A stretch of DNA of 60,086 nt, the filler included, from Trypethelium eluteriae (Eukaryota), in NCBI GenBank assembly GCA_051942245.1. It is 3 parts of 3 records of this genome, joined end to end, with 100 filler letters (N's around TTAATTAATTAA, not from the genome) between each part and the next. Parts side by side here need not be neighbours in the genome. Positions count along the whole stretch, not along the records: positions 1 to 19,970 come from JAVECL010000507.1; positions 20,071 to 40,029 come from JAVECL010000508.1; 1 more part is not named here. One strand, 5' to 3'. Position 1 is the first letter of the stretch. Each line of letters starts with the position of its first letter. A program made the position numbers and the translations under genes. Below, in pieces: positions 14,372 to 26,957 of the stretch. The notes beneath the pieces were generated by a model. The model did no database searches. It had not been told where the DNA came from and saw only the letters and a program-made list of their open reading frames with translations.

Positions 14372-17137
14372 GAGGATAAAAGATTCAGTTGTAGCTCCTA
14401 CCCAACTCCTATGAAGCTTGCCTGTGAGGAAGCAACCTGATTTGGCGATGGAAAATTTCAGATCACGTGCTTAGCTCGCTTCCCTTCCATTTTTTCCATT
14501 TTGAAAATAGGGCCGGACAACGCCGTGTTTACTAACTTCAATCATCAAAGAGCTGATCATCTAGGCTCTTGGATGTGACTCGTCTCAAATAACTATCCAC
14601 CATCAAGCACGAAGACTTATATTTCATTTCGACTGCTATTCAAGAGCTAAGTCTGCTGTCATGGACTGACTTTACTGACTTTGTTTCCCTTCTTGTCACT
14701 GCCTCTACTCTCGTACCTGGATATTTTACATTAAAGGTCGCCGCATCTAGTTCCCGTGTACCATCTCGTCACAAATCACCTTCCGGTACTTCATATCAGC
14801 CTCCAGGCCCCTTCAGGAAGCTCGCAAAGGTCGTCTTTATTCCCGACCTGGACCCCATGAAACTGCATGTCGGGAGCTTGTCCGGCCCGTTCTGACCCGT
14901 TGCATCATGTTGTGGAACAATGGGTTGGAACATGCACGCATGTCCACCCTTCCGAGGTCCCGGAGGAGCCGACAATTTCTGATATGCAGGATACTTCCTT
15001 CATTATTGCCTAAAGTATATCATGGGAGGGGACACGGGTAAAGCCTGCCCGAGGTTGATGTGTATCTCATGCTTGCGAAGTCTTCTACTCCGATGCAATG
15101 ATACAGGTCAACATGTAGAGTGATGGAGCGTATGCCCTGTCTGATATTTGACTAATCTGGCATAGGTCAGGTGGGAAGGGAGGCCGGGCTTCTTCACCCA
15201 CTTTTCTACGAGGCCGGCTCAAGGTACCACCCAACAGTTAAAATTCGCTTGGATTGAAGAAAGCGTCACCCTCAGGGAAAGTGAGAAAAGTCCGACCACA
15301 TGTTCAATACTACATCCAGGGTTGACCCACTGCTACGTTGCCCCGAAGGCTTGCCACCCTCAGTCATGCCTGCGATTAAGCCATTTCTCGCCAAGCGCCG
15401 TAGCCTTCTCCACAACTTCCAGTTATAGATTGACAGTGCTCTCCGGAGATTCCATTTGAACTGCGTTTGGGTCTTGGACCGACGAGCGATCACTGATCAA
15501 GTCTGAAATCCGCTCCCAATCCTAGTCTCTCTCTGTTGCCAGCTAGCGCGCAGTTTCATTACTGACACCTTTTGACGAAGTTTCCACAATAATGCTCAGG
15601 CGCGCGTGTCTCCGTTTTCAAGACGGGGTTGAATCCTGGGTTTACATTCTTGTCAGTGATGGATTCGATCCGAAGCCGTCATTTAGCACGCGACATTAGA
15701 AAAGGTCTGAGTAGTTGGGTAATTTCAATTCGATTTCCCTTGAAAACTGCATTCAGACCACGACGCAGATGAAGAGACCATGACCACAGACCATAGTTGA
15801 AAATTTGTTCACCTTATTCATGACTTGCAAGAACAACGTCAAGACTGCAGCAAGTAGAGGGCTCAAGCGCACGAAATTCGGTGTTCGCCTCCCTTCACTT
15901 CATCAGGAAAGCGTTTCGTTCCCGGTTCCCTACTCCCTGCTTCGGATCCTCCAAAGGGCAGAAACTGGGAAAGCAGTCGCATGAAGCGAAAAAGCTTAGA
16001 ATATCACGTACGCCTGTGATGAGGTTAACGTCATTTGGAAAGTTCACATAAGGACACCGAGAGCGATTTGGCAATTCGTTCCGCAGGCGAGCCGAGTTAC
16101 TTCTCTCAAGGATTCGACCCACTGCTTGCGTCAGTACTGGGTGCCTCTTATGCCTCGCTTCTATACTCCGTATTCAACATGGACCACCATCTATTCGCAC
16201 GGCTGCTCCGCTCCTGTAGGCTGTATGCGTGTCTGCCCATGGTTCGTTGCTAGTCTCCGATGTACCCTTCGCTGAGGTACTTCAAATCGAGAGGTCATCG
16301 TCAGTCCTTGTATCGGTTGCAGTAGCGAGGGTATAACAGCCGCGGCTGGCCACTCTGGATGATTCAAATCGGCTTCCCCGACACTGGCCACTTTCTTGGC
16401 TGGAACCTCTAATGAACTCTTCAAAACGGTGTCATTAGTCAGCCTTCCATGTAGTACGAAGCATGTTATCCGAGCATGGTATTAAAGGAGATTTTGCGTT
16501 CTTCTCCTCATATCCTCAAGGCGACATAGAAATCCTAGGTCTAACCTGTCGGCTAGTATTCGAAGCCCAGACGGCCTGAAACTGCATGAAGCTGCCTAAT
16601 GGTGCATGCATCTTATCTCCTTCCCTCCCGACCGTGACCGTGTTGTTATTACGAGTACCCCAGCAAGCAGCAAAGGAAAAGCAAATCCTAGATTATCTAT
16701 GGAAGTGTAGCGTTCTTTGCTTGTATATCCCCGTTGTAAATTTCACATTGGGGACAATGATAATAGAAGACCTCAACCAAAGAATCATTCATTTTCAAGA
16801 AGAGGTCGACCAAGAAGGTGAAATTGGTGTAGTGTGGTCTTTCGTCCTGGTGGGACCTTTTCTAAGATCAGGATCAAAAGGTCTTTGATCTTACTCAGTA
16901 CACTCCATAATATTCTAAATAAACAGATAAAAACCCTGCGAAGAAAAGGAAAAAGATAACTCGAGGAAAGAAAGGATCGAAGATTGAGGTGAAAAAAATA
17001 TCGAAAAAAGATTCATTGAAAAAAATTCATGATGTAAACGTTTGGTTGGGGAATGAAGACCCAACGCATTAGAGACACACCTACATATTTCTGGAAGCAT
17101 CAAACTCCTTCGAGTACTGGTTCAAAAAACTATGAGT

Positions 17138-17246
17138 TGTTCCTGCTGGGGGTCGAACCCAGGACATCCGCATGACTTATACAAGCGACCATATCAGTGC
17201 AAAAGACCAATATAAGAACGGCGCGCTACCACTGCGCCACAAGAAC
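17138..17246 (-). tRNA. tRNA-Ile (anticodon UAU) with a 37-nt intron (17174-17210)
   Basis: Minus strand reads GTTCTTG-TG-GCGCAGTGGTAGCGC-G-CCGTT-CT-TAT-A-[intron]-A-TGCGG-ATGTC-CTGGG-TTCGACC-CCCAG-CAGGAAC-A. Acceptor, D and T arms pair; a T6 Pol III terminator follows at 17124-17129. Confidence 0.93.
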
Positions 17247-17338
17247 ACGATCAACTGATAAACAAGTATTGTATTATATTCTGTCAAATTGAGCACACCT
17301 GTTGGTTTGTGCGGGCCAGGTAAGTTTAAAATGTGTAT

Positions 17339-17610
17339 ATGTACCTACCTACTTATATCCGCCCGACCAAATGTCCGATGTTGACACGGACCACCACACC
17401 CCAAAACCTCTTGTGCTTCCGCACCTTCTGCACCTCTCATCTTGTCGATATAATAGCTTCTGTAAAAGGCTGTATGAATTGCGCAGAGCTAATAGTCAAG
17501 TAACCAAATATTAAAACGCCAAATTGGTTGAGATGAGAGGTTTTGGGGTGTGGTGGTCCGTTTCAAAATTGGATATTTCTTAGTCGGACGAATAGTACTA
17601 ATACGTACGT
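17339..17610. mobile_element. Non-autonomous inverted-repeat element (MITE-like, possibly Tc1/mariner-pogo derived), degenerate
   Basis: Perfect 26-bp inverted repeat 17386-17411 / 17536-17561, extending outward with mismatches, mostly transitions, to about 17356/17594. Possible ends ATGTAC...GTACGT. No ORF. Confidence 0.6.
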
Positions 17611-19176
17611 CATCCTTCTCATTACTGTTCATTTTATGAGAGGCCAAAGCGCATATAGACATCTCACACTTATAATTATTCACATTGTCAATAGGAGTCG
17701 ATATCTATAGGGTAATAGACCTTCTCGGGCATGGTAATGGAATGGACTCTAAGCTGACGGTCTACTTATAAGAGGAAATATGCGAAAACGAAATAGAGAC
17801 TTTTTGAACAGGGTTCGAGAAGAGGTACGAAAATCCTATTATGGGACATTTCAGAAAAGGAACTGGAGTGGTACAGTCAGAGACCTCTTCATACAACGTC
17901 AAGGCATAAGGATCCGATGAGTTGCAGCTGGATACTGAGCATGAAATCCCGCGAGATTCTCACAACAATACTCCGTACTTACGGCACTTCAGACCACAAG
18001 GTACGGAATACCTGTAGCACTGCTCAGGCGATTGGAGAGTGGGAATGTCCGGTCCACGGTCAGCCTGTAGTACCCAAGCTGACCATACTTGGTCACTTGA
18101 ACGTCGTCGGACAGGCAGCACTACTAGAGAGCATTGTGCGCAGGCGCCACGATCCTTGGTAAGCGTAACGGAGACGGGGAGGCGGGGGGATGAGGAGACG
18201 AGAGTAAAGACGGCCACACGCGCTAATCTGATCCAAAATTAACGCTTTACTTAGTACTGAAGGTCATAAGTTTCCCTACCATCTTTTTTAATTTGTGTGA
18301 GTGAGGTAAGAGGTACATAATCTTAATTAGCTAAAGCACCACTGCACCTTCGGCGTTAGGCCCAGGAGAGCGACGATTGCCATGGCGAGAATCGCTTATC
18401 GCTCCTGCACCCCCGCACGGCTACCGAGCTACTCTATCCGCGTGGAGGCAACCACTGCAACAACCACTCACCTGCTGCCTTCACACGACTGGCAGTGCCC
18501 TTATCAGTCATGTCCCAGCCATCGGTTCGTGAGCAGTCCGGTGCTAATGATAGCGACAAATGTCCAAACTGAGTCGGTGCATCCGATCTGACCCCCTCGA
18601 ACAACCTTCCCATCTACTTAGGAAGACCTACTGAGCAAGTCATCCGGACGGAGAACGGCCACGCCGCCATGTTCCACCTCGGAGCACGCAGTACGATAGG
18701 GCGTCTCTTAGTACGCGCCGTTGGCTAAGTAGCAATGTTGAGATGTTGCTTCCTTCAGGTGTCTCTTGCTTTACTGCTTCTTCTCTTCTGCTTGCGCTGC
18801 ATCGTTGTCCTAATCCCGAGCTTTGGAACTTCTAATTCATCGTGTTGTTTTTCGTTATCAACGTAATCTTGGCTCTCTTATCGCATGACTTGCACAATCC
18901 GCCCCACGACAGGCTCAATACTAGGACACGTCATTCTGTCGCTGTGCAACGGCGCAAAGTCATCTCCTGTCGACTCAATAGAGAATTCTGGGTCTTACTG
19001 TGCTGGACTCTGAGGTGGGCCATTGTTCAGCTGCAGGCAGCCACCGTGCGACTCTTGAGTGACATCTACGAGCTCTAGCAAATTCGGACTGAGCAACGAA
19101 CTCCCAAGATCTAGCGCCAATGCCTCTCAGACATTGAATTCGTCCAGAAACTCATCTTCAGATTCGAAATTACAGT

Positions 19177-20145
19177 ATGGCCTCGCTATCCTCGATCAAT
19201 ACATTCGTTTCTTCCTTACCCGACCACTGCGATCCCACAAACCCGTTCCTCCGACATTTCTCTGCCTATTTCCACACATGTATCCCGACGCCTCTCGCCT
19301 TTCTCTCCACAGCTCTCGGAACTCTAAGCATCGCGTCCTGGCTATTCGCACAGCTCCCACAAATTTACAAGAACTACAAGGTCGGCTCAACGTCTGGACT
19401 TAGCATCTTTTTCTTGGTGGAATGGTGTCTTGGTGATATGTCGAACTTGCTCGGGGCAAAATTCACGGATCAGGCGACATGGCAAATAATCATTGCAGGA
19501 TATTACGTTTTCGTGGACGTGGTGCTGGTGGGCCAGTGGTTTTGGTATGAAAAATTGAAGCATGGGAAGAATGGAAAGATCATATGGTGGGCGAGGAAAG
19601 ATACATCAAATGATAGAAGAGGAGGTAGGAATGCTGGAGTTTTGGTAGAGGGTATAGAACCATTGGACGAGGTGGTGTCGGCACAGAGCAATACGCCGAA
19701 AAACAAGAAGGACAGGGATGATGCTCAATCAATTGAGCAGATAACCATACTGTCTTCGGAGAAGGTATGGAAGACACCGGACTACGGATCGATTACCACC
19801 AACGGAGCTGAGAAACTGGGCGAAATAACCCCCAGCTCCTCCTCTTCATCCCCACGGCCACGCTCAATCTACCGAACCCAACCTTCAAACTCTCCGCTCG
19901 CTATCGCCACCCCAAAGACCTTCCTCTTCCTCTCCCTCCTCCTCGCCCTCATCCAAGTCCACGCCTCCCCNNNNNNNNNNNNNNNNNNNNNNNNNNNNNN
20001 NNNNNNNNNNNNNNTTAATTAATTAANNNNNNNNNNNNNNNNNNNNNNNNNNNNNNNNNNNNNNNNNNNNGGGCTGACGAGGGCGATGCGGGCGAAGAGG
20101 AGGTCATCGATTAAGGAGGATAATTTCTTGAGGGCAATGAGGTGA
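19177..20145 (+). CDS. PQ-loop vacuolar membrane transporter-like protein (Ypq/PQLC2 family), interrupted by an assembly gap
   Basis: LSIASWLFAQLPQIYKNYKVGSTSGLSIFFLVEWCLGDMSNLLGA is a PQ-loop repeat. The ORF runs into the gap at 19971; a plausible C-terminus (GLTRAMRAKRR...AMR*) follows the gap, so the 3' end is tentative. Confidence 0.85.
19971..20070. other. Assembly gap spacer (N44-TTAATTAATTAA-N44)
   Basis: N runs around a six-frame stop linker; artificial, true gap length unknown. Confidence 0.97.
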
Positions 20146-21032
20146 GACAGTGTCACAGATGGAATGGGTGTATGACTGCATACTACATTGATGAGTGAAG
20201 GTGGTGGGTGTATTGGCATTGAGCAGCATGGGTGAAACAGCTGTAATATTAGGAATGGAAGAAAGCTGTAGCATGATCTAAGACTATGCAGATTGATGCT
20301 TGTAAATACATCAAGACAGATCTTATTCCAGTGCGACTCCAATCCAGGCAAAGCTACTTCTGACCCTTCAGAGGTGTAGTAGCGTCACCCAAGCTTCACC
20401 AAACTGATCGCAGCCTACATTGAATCCTCTACCCAGAGTTCTTGTGAACGAGAATGAAATGCACGCGTTCGAATGGCCTGCTTTGTTGAAGCAGCCATCT
20501 TCGATGAATCGACAGTCTGACTTCTACGGTCCTTAAGACTCATCACTCGGTCTTTCGAAGATGTCCGCTCTAACAAAGCAGAGCGTTCGAGGATATGCGT
20601 TTCGGTATCATCGGCTGAAGAGCTGTATGGGTCCGAAACCGCTGATTCCCTTCGAAGCCAACTGTTCTGACGTAACCCCAGCTCAACACAACAGTCCAAC
20701 CTTGCTAGGCACGAGTCGGATAATGGTTGGCTATCACTGCGTTCCAGTCCCACCAGAGTGTTCGGGATATTCAAATCATACGTTCAAGGGGTACTCTTGT
20801 GGCGGTATAGTGGCCTATCGTGCGGGTTCCGATCCTCTGTGGAGCGTGGTGATTTGAAGAATAGAGCGCTATCCGAGGCACTCTTTAGCAATCCCTTTTC
20901 CTATATTTCAGGGTAAGAGGAACGTAGCAATGGTTCAGTTACGCCTGCTCGACGACTCTGATGGATTGCTGCTCGCGGATCTGAGCGCGAAGGGACTTGG
21001 GAATTTCTGAGGTTCAAAAGCTGATGTATTGT

Positions 21033-21577
21033 TCACGCTGAAGGACAAGCGAAGCGCATCCAGGTTGGAGGATCGTAAGATTCAACGGCATTCATCCATG
21101 CAGCCCTCTTCTCACGCCAGTGACGTCTACAAGCCATTGGGCCTCGGGGAAAAGGCTTTTCGTCAGAAGATCCGAATGGACAGGGTGATTGGCCGGCAGA
21201 TGAGCGTTGTTCTGGATCCAGTCAGCCCAGCTACTCCTCTTTTTCTGGGCGTATGGTGACCTACCTTCAAGCATCTCGATGGTTTTCGGCTTCTTCGGTG
21301 GTTCGGAGTTGGCGGCGGAGGCTGCCTCAGGTTGCTCTATCGACGAGCGACCAGCGCTTGTTTCGGCATCGAGACGCAAATATCGTACGGCAAGGCTTTC
21401 TACGCTACGGAAGAGCCGCTCGATGATGGCAAGTAGAAGTCGGTAGAACAATTCCTTAGCATAAGGCGCAATCGTCGGAACTGCCTGAGAGCCGAGGACA
21501 GCAGACAGGCCTAAGAATCCGACGGAGTTGAACGGTGATCCAGAGCGCTTGAATAGAACCAGCTCTTGGGAAGTCAT
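21033..21577 (-). CDS. Small hypothetical protein; exons 21577-21265 and 21211-21033
   Basis: ATG at 21577 inside ORF 21092..21595; candidate 53-nt intron 21212-21264 (GTAGGT...GCTGAC...CAG). No recognised domain. Confidence 0.4.
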
Positions 21578-23630
21578 GGTGATAGGCAGCTTCACAAAGA
21601 ACTCAGCAGCACCATATCACTTTAGAATAGTGGCAAGTGTTTTCGTCACACTATTCCTTCCTCTTGGTGTATTAAGTACATTGAATTGTCGGAGCCACTC
21701 GGTGCCAAAAGAACCGCCACTAAAAAACCAGCATTAGACGGAGGGCAGTCCCAGATTTTCCCGCCAAATAACCATTTCGAAACCATTACTCAGCTTCATT
21801 TACGCCCTTGGCGCAACGTGCTGGGCACTTGATTCGACAAGCTCAGCGGCTGCTTGTTGGTCTGGCCCACCACGCCCACTCAAGCGACTCCCTGGACGCA
21901 CGATCGGTCCGGTTGGCGTCCGTAACTGCGACTGCGCTCACAAGCGTGCCATTACCCAATCACCACCATCCAGCTCCTGTCTTGTAGAGTGTGAGGGGGG
22001 TAAAACGACCGATACATTGGATTGACATGAGCAGATGTCCTCACTTTTTCTTCCCAATCAGTCGTGCCGTAATCGGGTCGTCTTCGTCTCGGAGATAACG
22101 TTGTAGCGATTCGCTGCTGTTTTTGGACCGCTCCGAGTTCGACGAGGAGCCGCCATTCGAGCTACGCCTTGGAGACTGAGGCCCCGATGTCGAATGCTGC
22201 TGAGGAGTTCCAGCATTGTTGTATCTATTTCCGTGCGAAGCCGCTCTCTGTACGTGCTTGTGAGCATGGAGTTTCCAGGGCTGACCCCAGGTAGAAGAGA
22301 ACGTGGGTACATACGTTTACGGAAGTACTTGCCGAAGCCATCTTGACTGTCATTCTGCTTCGCCTCGCTTTAGAAGCGCTGGAAAATTTTCCTTTCTTTT
22401 TGACAAGAAGGCGAGCTTGCGAACCGTATGACGACGGTAGCCTACAATTTTCAGGCAATCACGCATTATATATTCAGTCGATATCCACTGCTACAGCTCT
22501 TCGAGCATCCCGCTCCTGAGAGCCTGTAATCCTTGTCGCCAGCGCATGTACGGCGAAGTGCGAGCGCTCACCGAATGACAGGCCAGGTACATTGCTTACC
22601 TGTACTCCATGACTACCGCCGTGACTGAACAGACGGTCATGGCCATGTTCCAAGGACTTCATGATGAAGATCGGAGATGAATTAAACTTTCCAAAGTGAT
22701 ACAGTATTGCAAATCAATAATTCAAAAAGGATCCTTGGAAGATAGGACTCTTCGCAGTAGGTCCATTGGCTCGACATTGCACGAGGCTTGATCTGTCGTC
22801 CCTGAGAGTGGCCAAGTCGAGTAAAGACCAACTCTTCTGGTATTCTTGTATCATTTTGCTTTGGATGCCGGGAGGGAGCAAAGACTATGAAGTATAGATA
22901 CTTGAAGATCCTTAGAAATTTTAAGACTTCAACGGTCATCGCTTGTCTTATATGGAGCCTGGTCTAGAAATAGTCCATGATTGCACCTTCGGTCAAAGGG
23001 AAGGATGCGATGCTACCCTTGTGAATATACTCCACAGGGATCAGAACTAGGCAGCGAGCAGCTAAATATGCCATTCAAAAATGGTCACAGATTGGTACTC
23101 TCGTCTCAAACTTTGTAGTTGCCGCGCCGATTAAACAAAACGCATAGAGTACAGCACGGTAGACCGGCATGAAAGTTCCGGCTCCCCAGTTCAGATCCTG
23201 TGCCTCGCGTCCGTGATCTAATCCTTGCACCTGAGCCAACCGTCAAAATGCGGGCTCTGCCCAGGAGGGCAGTCGGTGTTTCCAATGCAAATTGGTGTTG
23301 CAGTACTGCCAAGGCCAGCGTTCCGTAGCTTCTTCACTTCAAGAGACTACCATTCTTCCATACGCAGATTTCTGCCTTACCTTCTTATTTGCCTCATACA
23401 TAGGGCCATTTCTTCTGTAGTCATACTTCAGTATGGATTAAATAGTCCGTCGACATTAGGGTCCGTCATGCACTTGCACCATCAAGTTCACCCTTTCTCC
23501 CCACACGGAATAGCGTATCCTATACGGTGACAGGGGTACATCTCACCGACTACGCTATGCTTCATTGGGGGACGTACAATACTCAGCCTCGCGTTCCTCG
23601 CTGCACGACCAGCACAGAGGTCTTCTTTCA

Positions 23631-26615
23631 ATGGTAAGTCCGCAGCACTCGCCCGGCACGCTAGGTGCTAGAGCAATGCCTTGTCCCCGCAAGGAGACGA
23701 CTCTCTCCGAGATCTGCCTCTGCGTCAGTGATGATGCTTCAAGCTTCGAGCCTTAGGCATCTCCAAGAGCATTGCTTTGCGGAGGCCGCTATTCAATGTC
23801 TTGCTGGTTTGAGATGATATCGTTTGGTTTGCCGTATCCTTTGTGAACGCTCCTCTCACGACGTTGCTAATTGATTTCGCCCACACTCACCTCTGGGATC
23901 TTGTATAGACGGCACGGGAGGCACTAGGGTCTTTCATGATGAACATGGAACACACCATGAACCTCGCCGAGGAGGCCGAGGATTTCTTCGATCCGCTATC
24001 GCCATATTATCCTTTCTCAGTGCAGCATGCCTTTGGAGATGACCTTCCAAGTCAGCCTAATTGTAATTATGCTTGGCCCAATGACTTCGAAGCGCCAACC
24101 CCAGATCTTGGCTCTCAACGACCAGCACAGGTGTTCGAGGGCCACTATTCCAGGCAATGGCAGACTCCTCTCAATTATCCTGTATCTCCGACGAACACAG
24201 TGTTGAGTCCGGTATGTATCCAAACTTAACGACGTCTACACCTAAATTTAACCTCCTTCAGGAGATGAGTACCAGACATCAAAGTGAATGGCAACAATCT
24301 GTTACAAATCGCTTGTCGATTGCGAATCAGCCCGCCTGTGTTTCAGAACCCTTCGTGCATCACGAAACACCATTGTTAGTACAACCGCAAGGATACCTCG
24401 GAGCCCCTTACCCGCCCTTCGATCTTGAACAACCTGCAGACTCCTTGGAATCTTGCGCTTCTGGAATGAGTAATACATTTCTGTGCAATATGATTGGGAG
24501 CGAAGACCACGGTAATTGTCAGGAACAAGCTATGAGGGGATTGTCCTTCGATGGGTCCAGTCCTTCGTTCAACTCACCAGCAAGGTCTAGTAGAGCGTCA
24601 CCAGCAAGCTCAAGAGATAATGCTCGCGAATCCGAAACGACCCATCACGCCACTCCTCCCTTGGACGAGGGCCTCCCCATGATTCAAGTTCAGTCACAAA
24701 GGTTCCCGGCGCAGCGTCAATCGGATATGGATGGCTCATGGGTTTTCGTTTCCGCACCTAATTCCGTATCAAATACCATACCATTCTCGGACGAGAGCGC
24801 CTCTACAGTCCGGGCCTGTCCACCGAGGACCGTGACTCGTTCCTCATTGGATGTTAGGCATTCAAGATATGCAACTACTCCACTCTCTGTCGGAAAGAGT
24901 CCATCATCCTCAGGCTCTGAAAATCCTATCGACACGCCCTCTCCTGCAAGCGAGAACAGTTCTACTCGTTCTTGGCAGGATGTGCTATCAGCAGTACCCA
25001 GACAGAGCACTGACACGAGAGTCAACAAACGAAGAAGATTGACAGAGGCAGAACGGAAGAATGCGAAGATGGTACGGACAATACGAGCATGTGTTCGATG
25101 TCGAATGTTTAAGCTGAAGGCAAGTGATCGAAAGATTCCTTCAAATACATATTTCCTCTTCTAGATCAATCCACACTAACGCTGTGCAGTGCGACGGAAG
25201 CAATCCTTGTTCTCGTTGCCTAGCAAATGAAAATAACGCAAGGAATTTCTTTCAGCCGTGCTTTCGAGAGGATCTCGATGATGCGAGAGTAGTCCGGCAT
25301 GGTCAGCTACAACTATCAAGAACAGGTTTACGAATCACATACTCACAAGTCCCAGGAAATGCTCAATTCGACCAACATGATGTTGAATATCCAAGGTACA
25401 AATGGTCCAATATGAATGCCGCACCCAAACATCTCGAGCTCGACTGGTTTATTCCTGGCACGCCTGGTACGAAGGCGAAGAGCCCCAGTCGACTAGTATT
25501 GTCCAACTGTCGGCAATATTTACCAGAAAATGATCAGTCCCAATATATTACGTGGCAAAGCCATGGTAAAGTCTATGAAGAGAAGCTGCCGTCTTATGCG
25601 GTGGAAGATACGGAAAACCTCTCACGGAAGGTCGTTGACTTCCTAAACAAATGCCAGCCGTGGGTCGAAGGAGTTATCCGAAACCGACCAATGGATCAAA
25701 TTTCGCGATGGACTTACGAGGAAGTGTTTCGTTGGCGTAGAACACGGCCAAGTACCAAGCTCATCGACGATGCCCTACAACTACAATATTGCTCCATCAT
25801 GTGTCAAGGCTGGGCCTCTCTAACAGACTTGGAAGACCTGGGGATTCCACGCAAGAATTTTTCACAATATGGACCAAGCACCTATGAAGAATTTGCGTCA
25901 AATGGTCATCGTCCAGTGCCGCAGAGCATCGACCATCAGATTGATGTCGCTATGCTCTTGCACATGCGTAACATTGAGAAGCGTTTGATGAGATCGTTGA
26001 AACAAAAAGTCGCCAAGAATCAAAAGGACTCCTGGTACGAGATCTTCCTGTGCTATTTCATCCTCTTGACAAATTTGCAATACATCCATAGTGGAGCGAG
26101 CGCGTATTTGGAATCTCAAAGGCAAACGGTAAGCACTCCCTCAGTCTTGAGTCTTCAATCTTCCTGTGATCTCAGTCCTTCCATGGATCCGAGCGTTTGA
26201 TTATGAGGGAAAGAATTGGTGCTGATAGATATGATAGAGAACAGAGAATCAAGTAAGCTATGTAATCAAGAAGATGACGGAGGAATGGGAACATTCAAAG
26301 GGCAACATGATGTACCATTTCCGAGTCATTCTTCGCGTCTTTGATCCTTTTAAGAAAGCAAGATATGAACCAGGGCCTACCAAGCGTGATCTCAATCTAG
26401 ATGAGGAAGCTATCGCTTACATGGCTAAAATTTCTCGTCTCCATGAGGAGCAAGGTAAGTCTTTGCTGATAAACAACGAACTCTTGTTCTATATCATGCT
26501 GAAATCTCCAGGGCTGCAAGGTGCATCATTCAGGTTTAACTCTGCAAGAGAAAACGGAAGGCCACAAGAGGACTGGGCCCATGAGCTATTCGAATCGCAT
26601 CGAAATAGTGTGTAA
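23631..26615 (+). CDS. Zn(II)2Cys6 transcription factor; exons 23631-23633, 23909-24211, 24262-25119, 25190-25301, 25356-26128, 26238-26454, 26512-26615
   Basis: Splicing 25120-25189 yields ACVRCRMFKLK|CDGSNPCSRC(13 aa)C, preceded by a basic segment KRRRLTEAERKNAKMVRTIR; all exons join in frame. Confidence 0.85.
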
Positions 26616-26690
26616 TATAGATGTCTCCTGAGACAACGCCATTCTATTTGAATAAGAGAGCGTGCACTTTAGTCTATCTAATAATACAGC

Positions 26691-26740
26691 AGACCCAAGA
26701 CCCGAGACCCGAGACCAAATACCCAGAACCCAGAAGCCCA
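26691..26740. repeat. Degenerate 7-mer tandem repeat (AGACCCG/AGACCCA-like)
   Basis: agacccaagacccgagacccgagaccaaatacccagaacccagaagccca between convergent genes. Confidence 0.55.
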
Positions 26741-26957
26741 ACCTTAAAAAAGAGGAGGAATACAGAAAGGAAATGAAGAAAAAAGAAGAGGAGAATAAAA
26801 GTTAGGATTTATCATTCTAGAACGTATTCGAAATCAGATTCCCAAAAACAATTGTTTTCAGGGGGGGTATTCAAGGCGCCAGCCTTTTACGCCGCTACAC
26901 CAGAAATTTAAAAAACGGTGGAAATCCAAGTAGCGATCTTCACACTCCCACCAGTCT

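Noticed and set aside
14660..16250. Fragments faintly resembling a P450 N-terminus or a fungal transcription-factor domain
   Set aside because: The similarity is impressionistic and there are many stops; not supportable without tBLASTn.
20015..20026. TTAATTAATTAA palindrome, repeated at 40074-40085
   Set aside because: Artificial six-frame-stop linker inside N gaps.
22058..22939. Chain of short minus-strand ORFs
   Set aside because: No consistent frame or domain.
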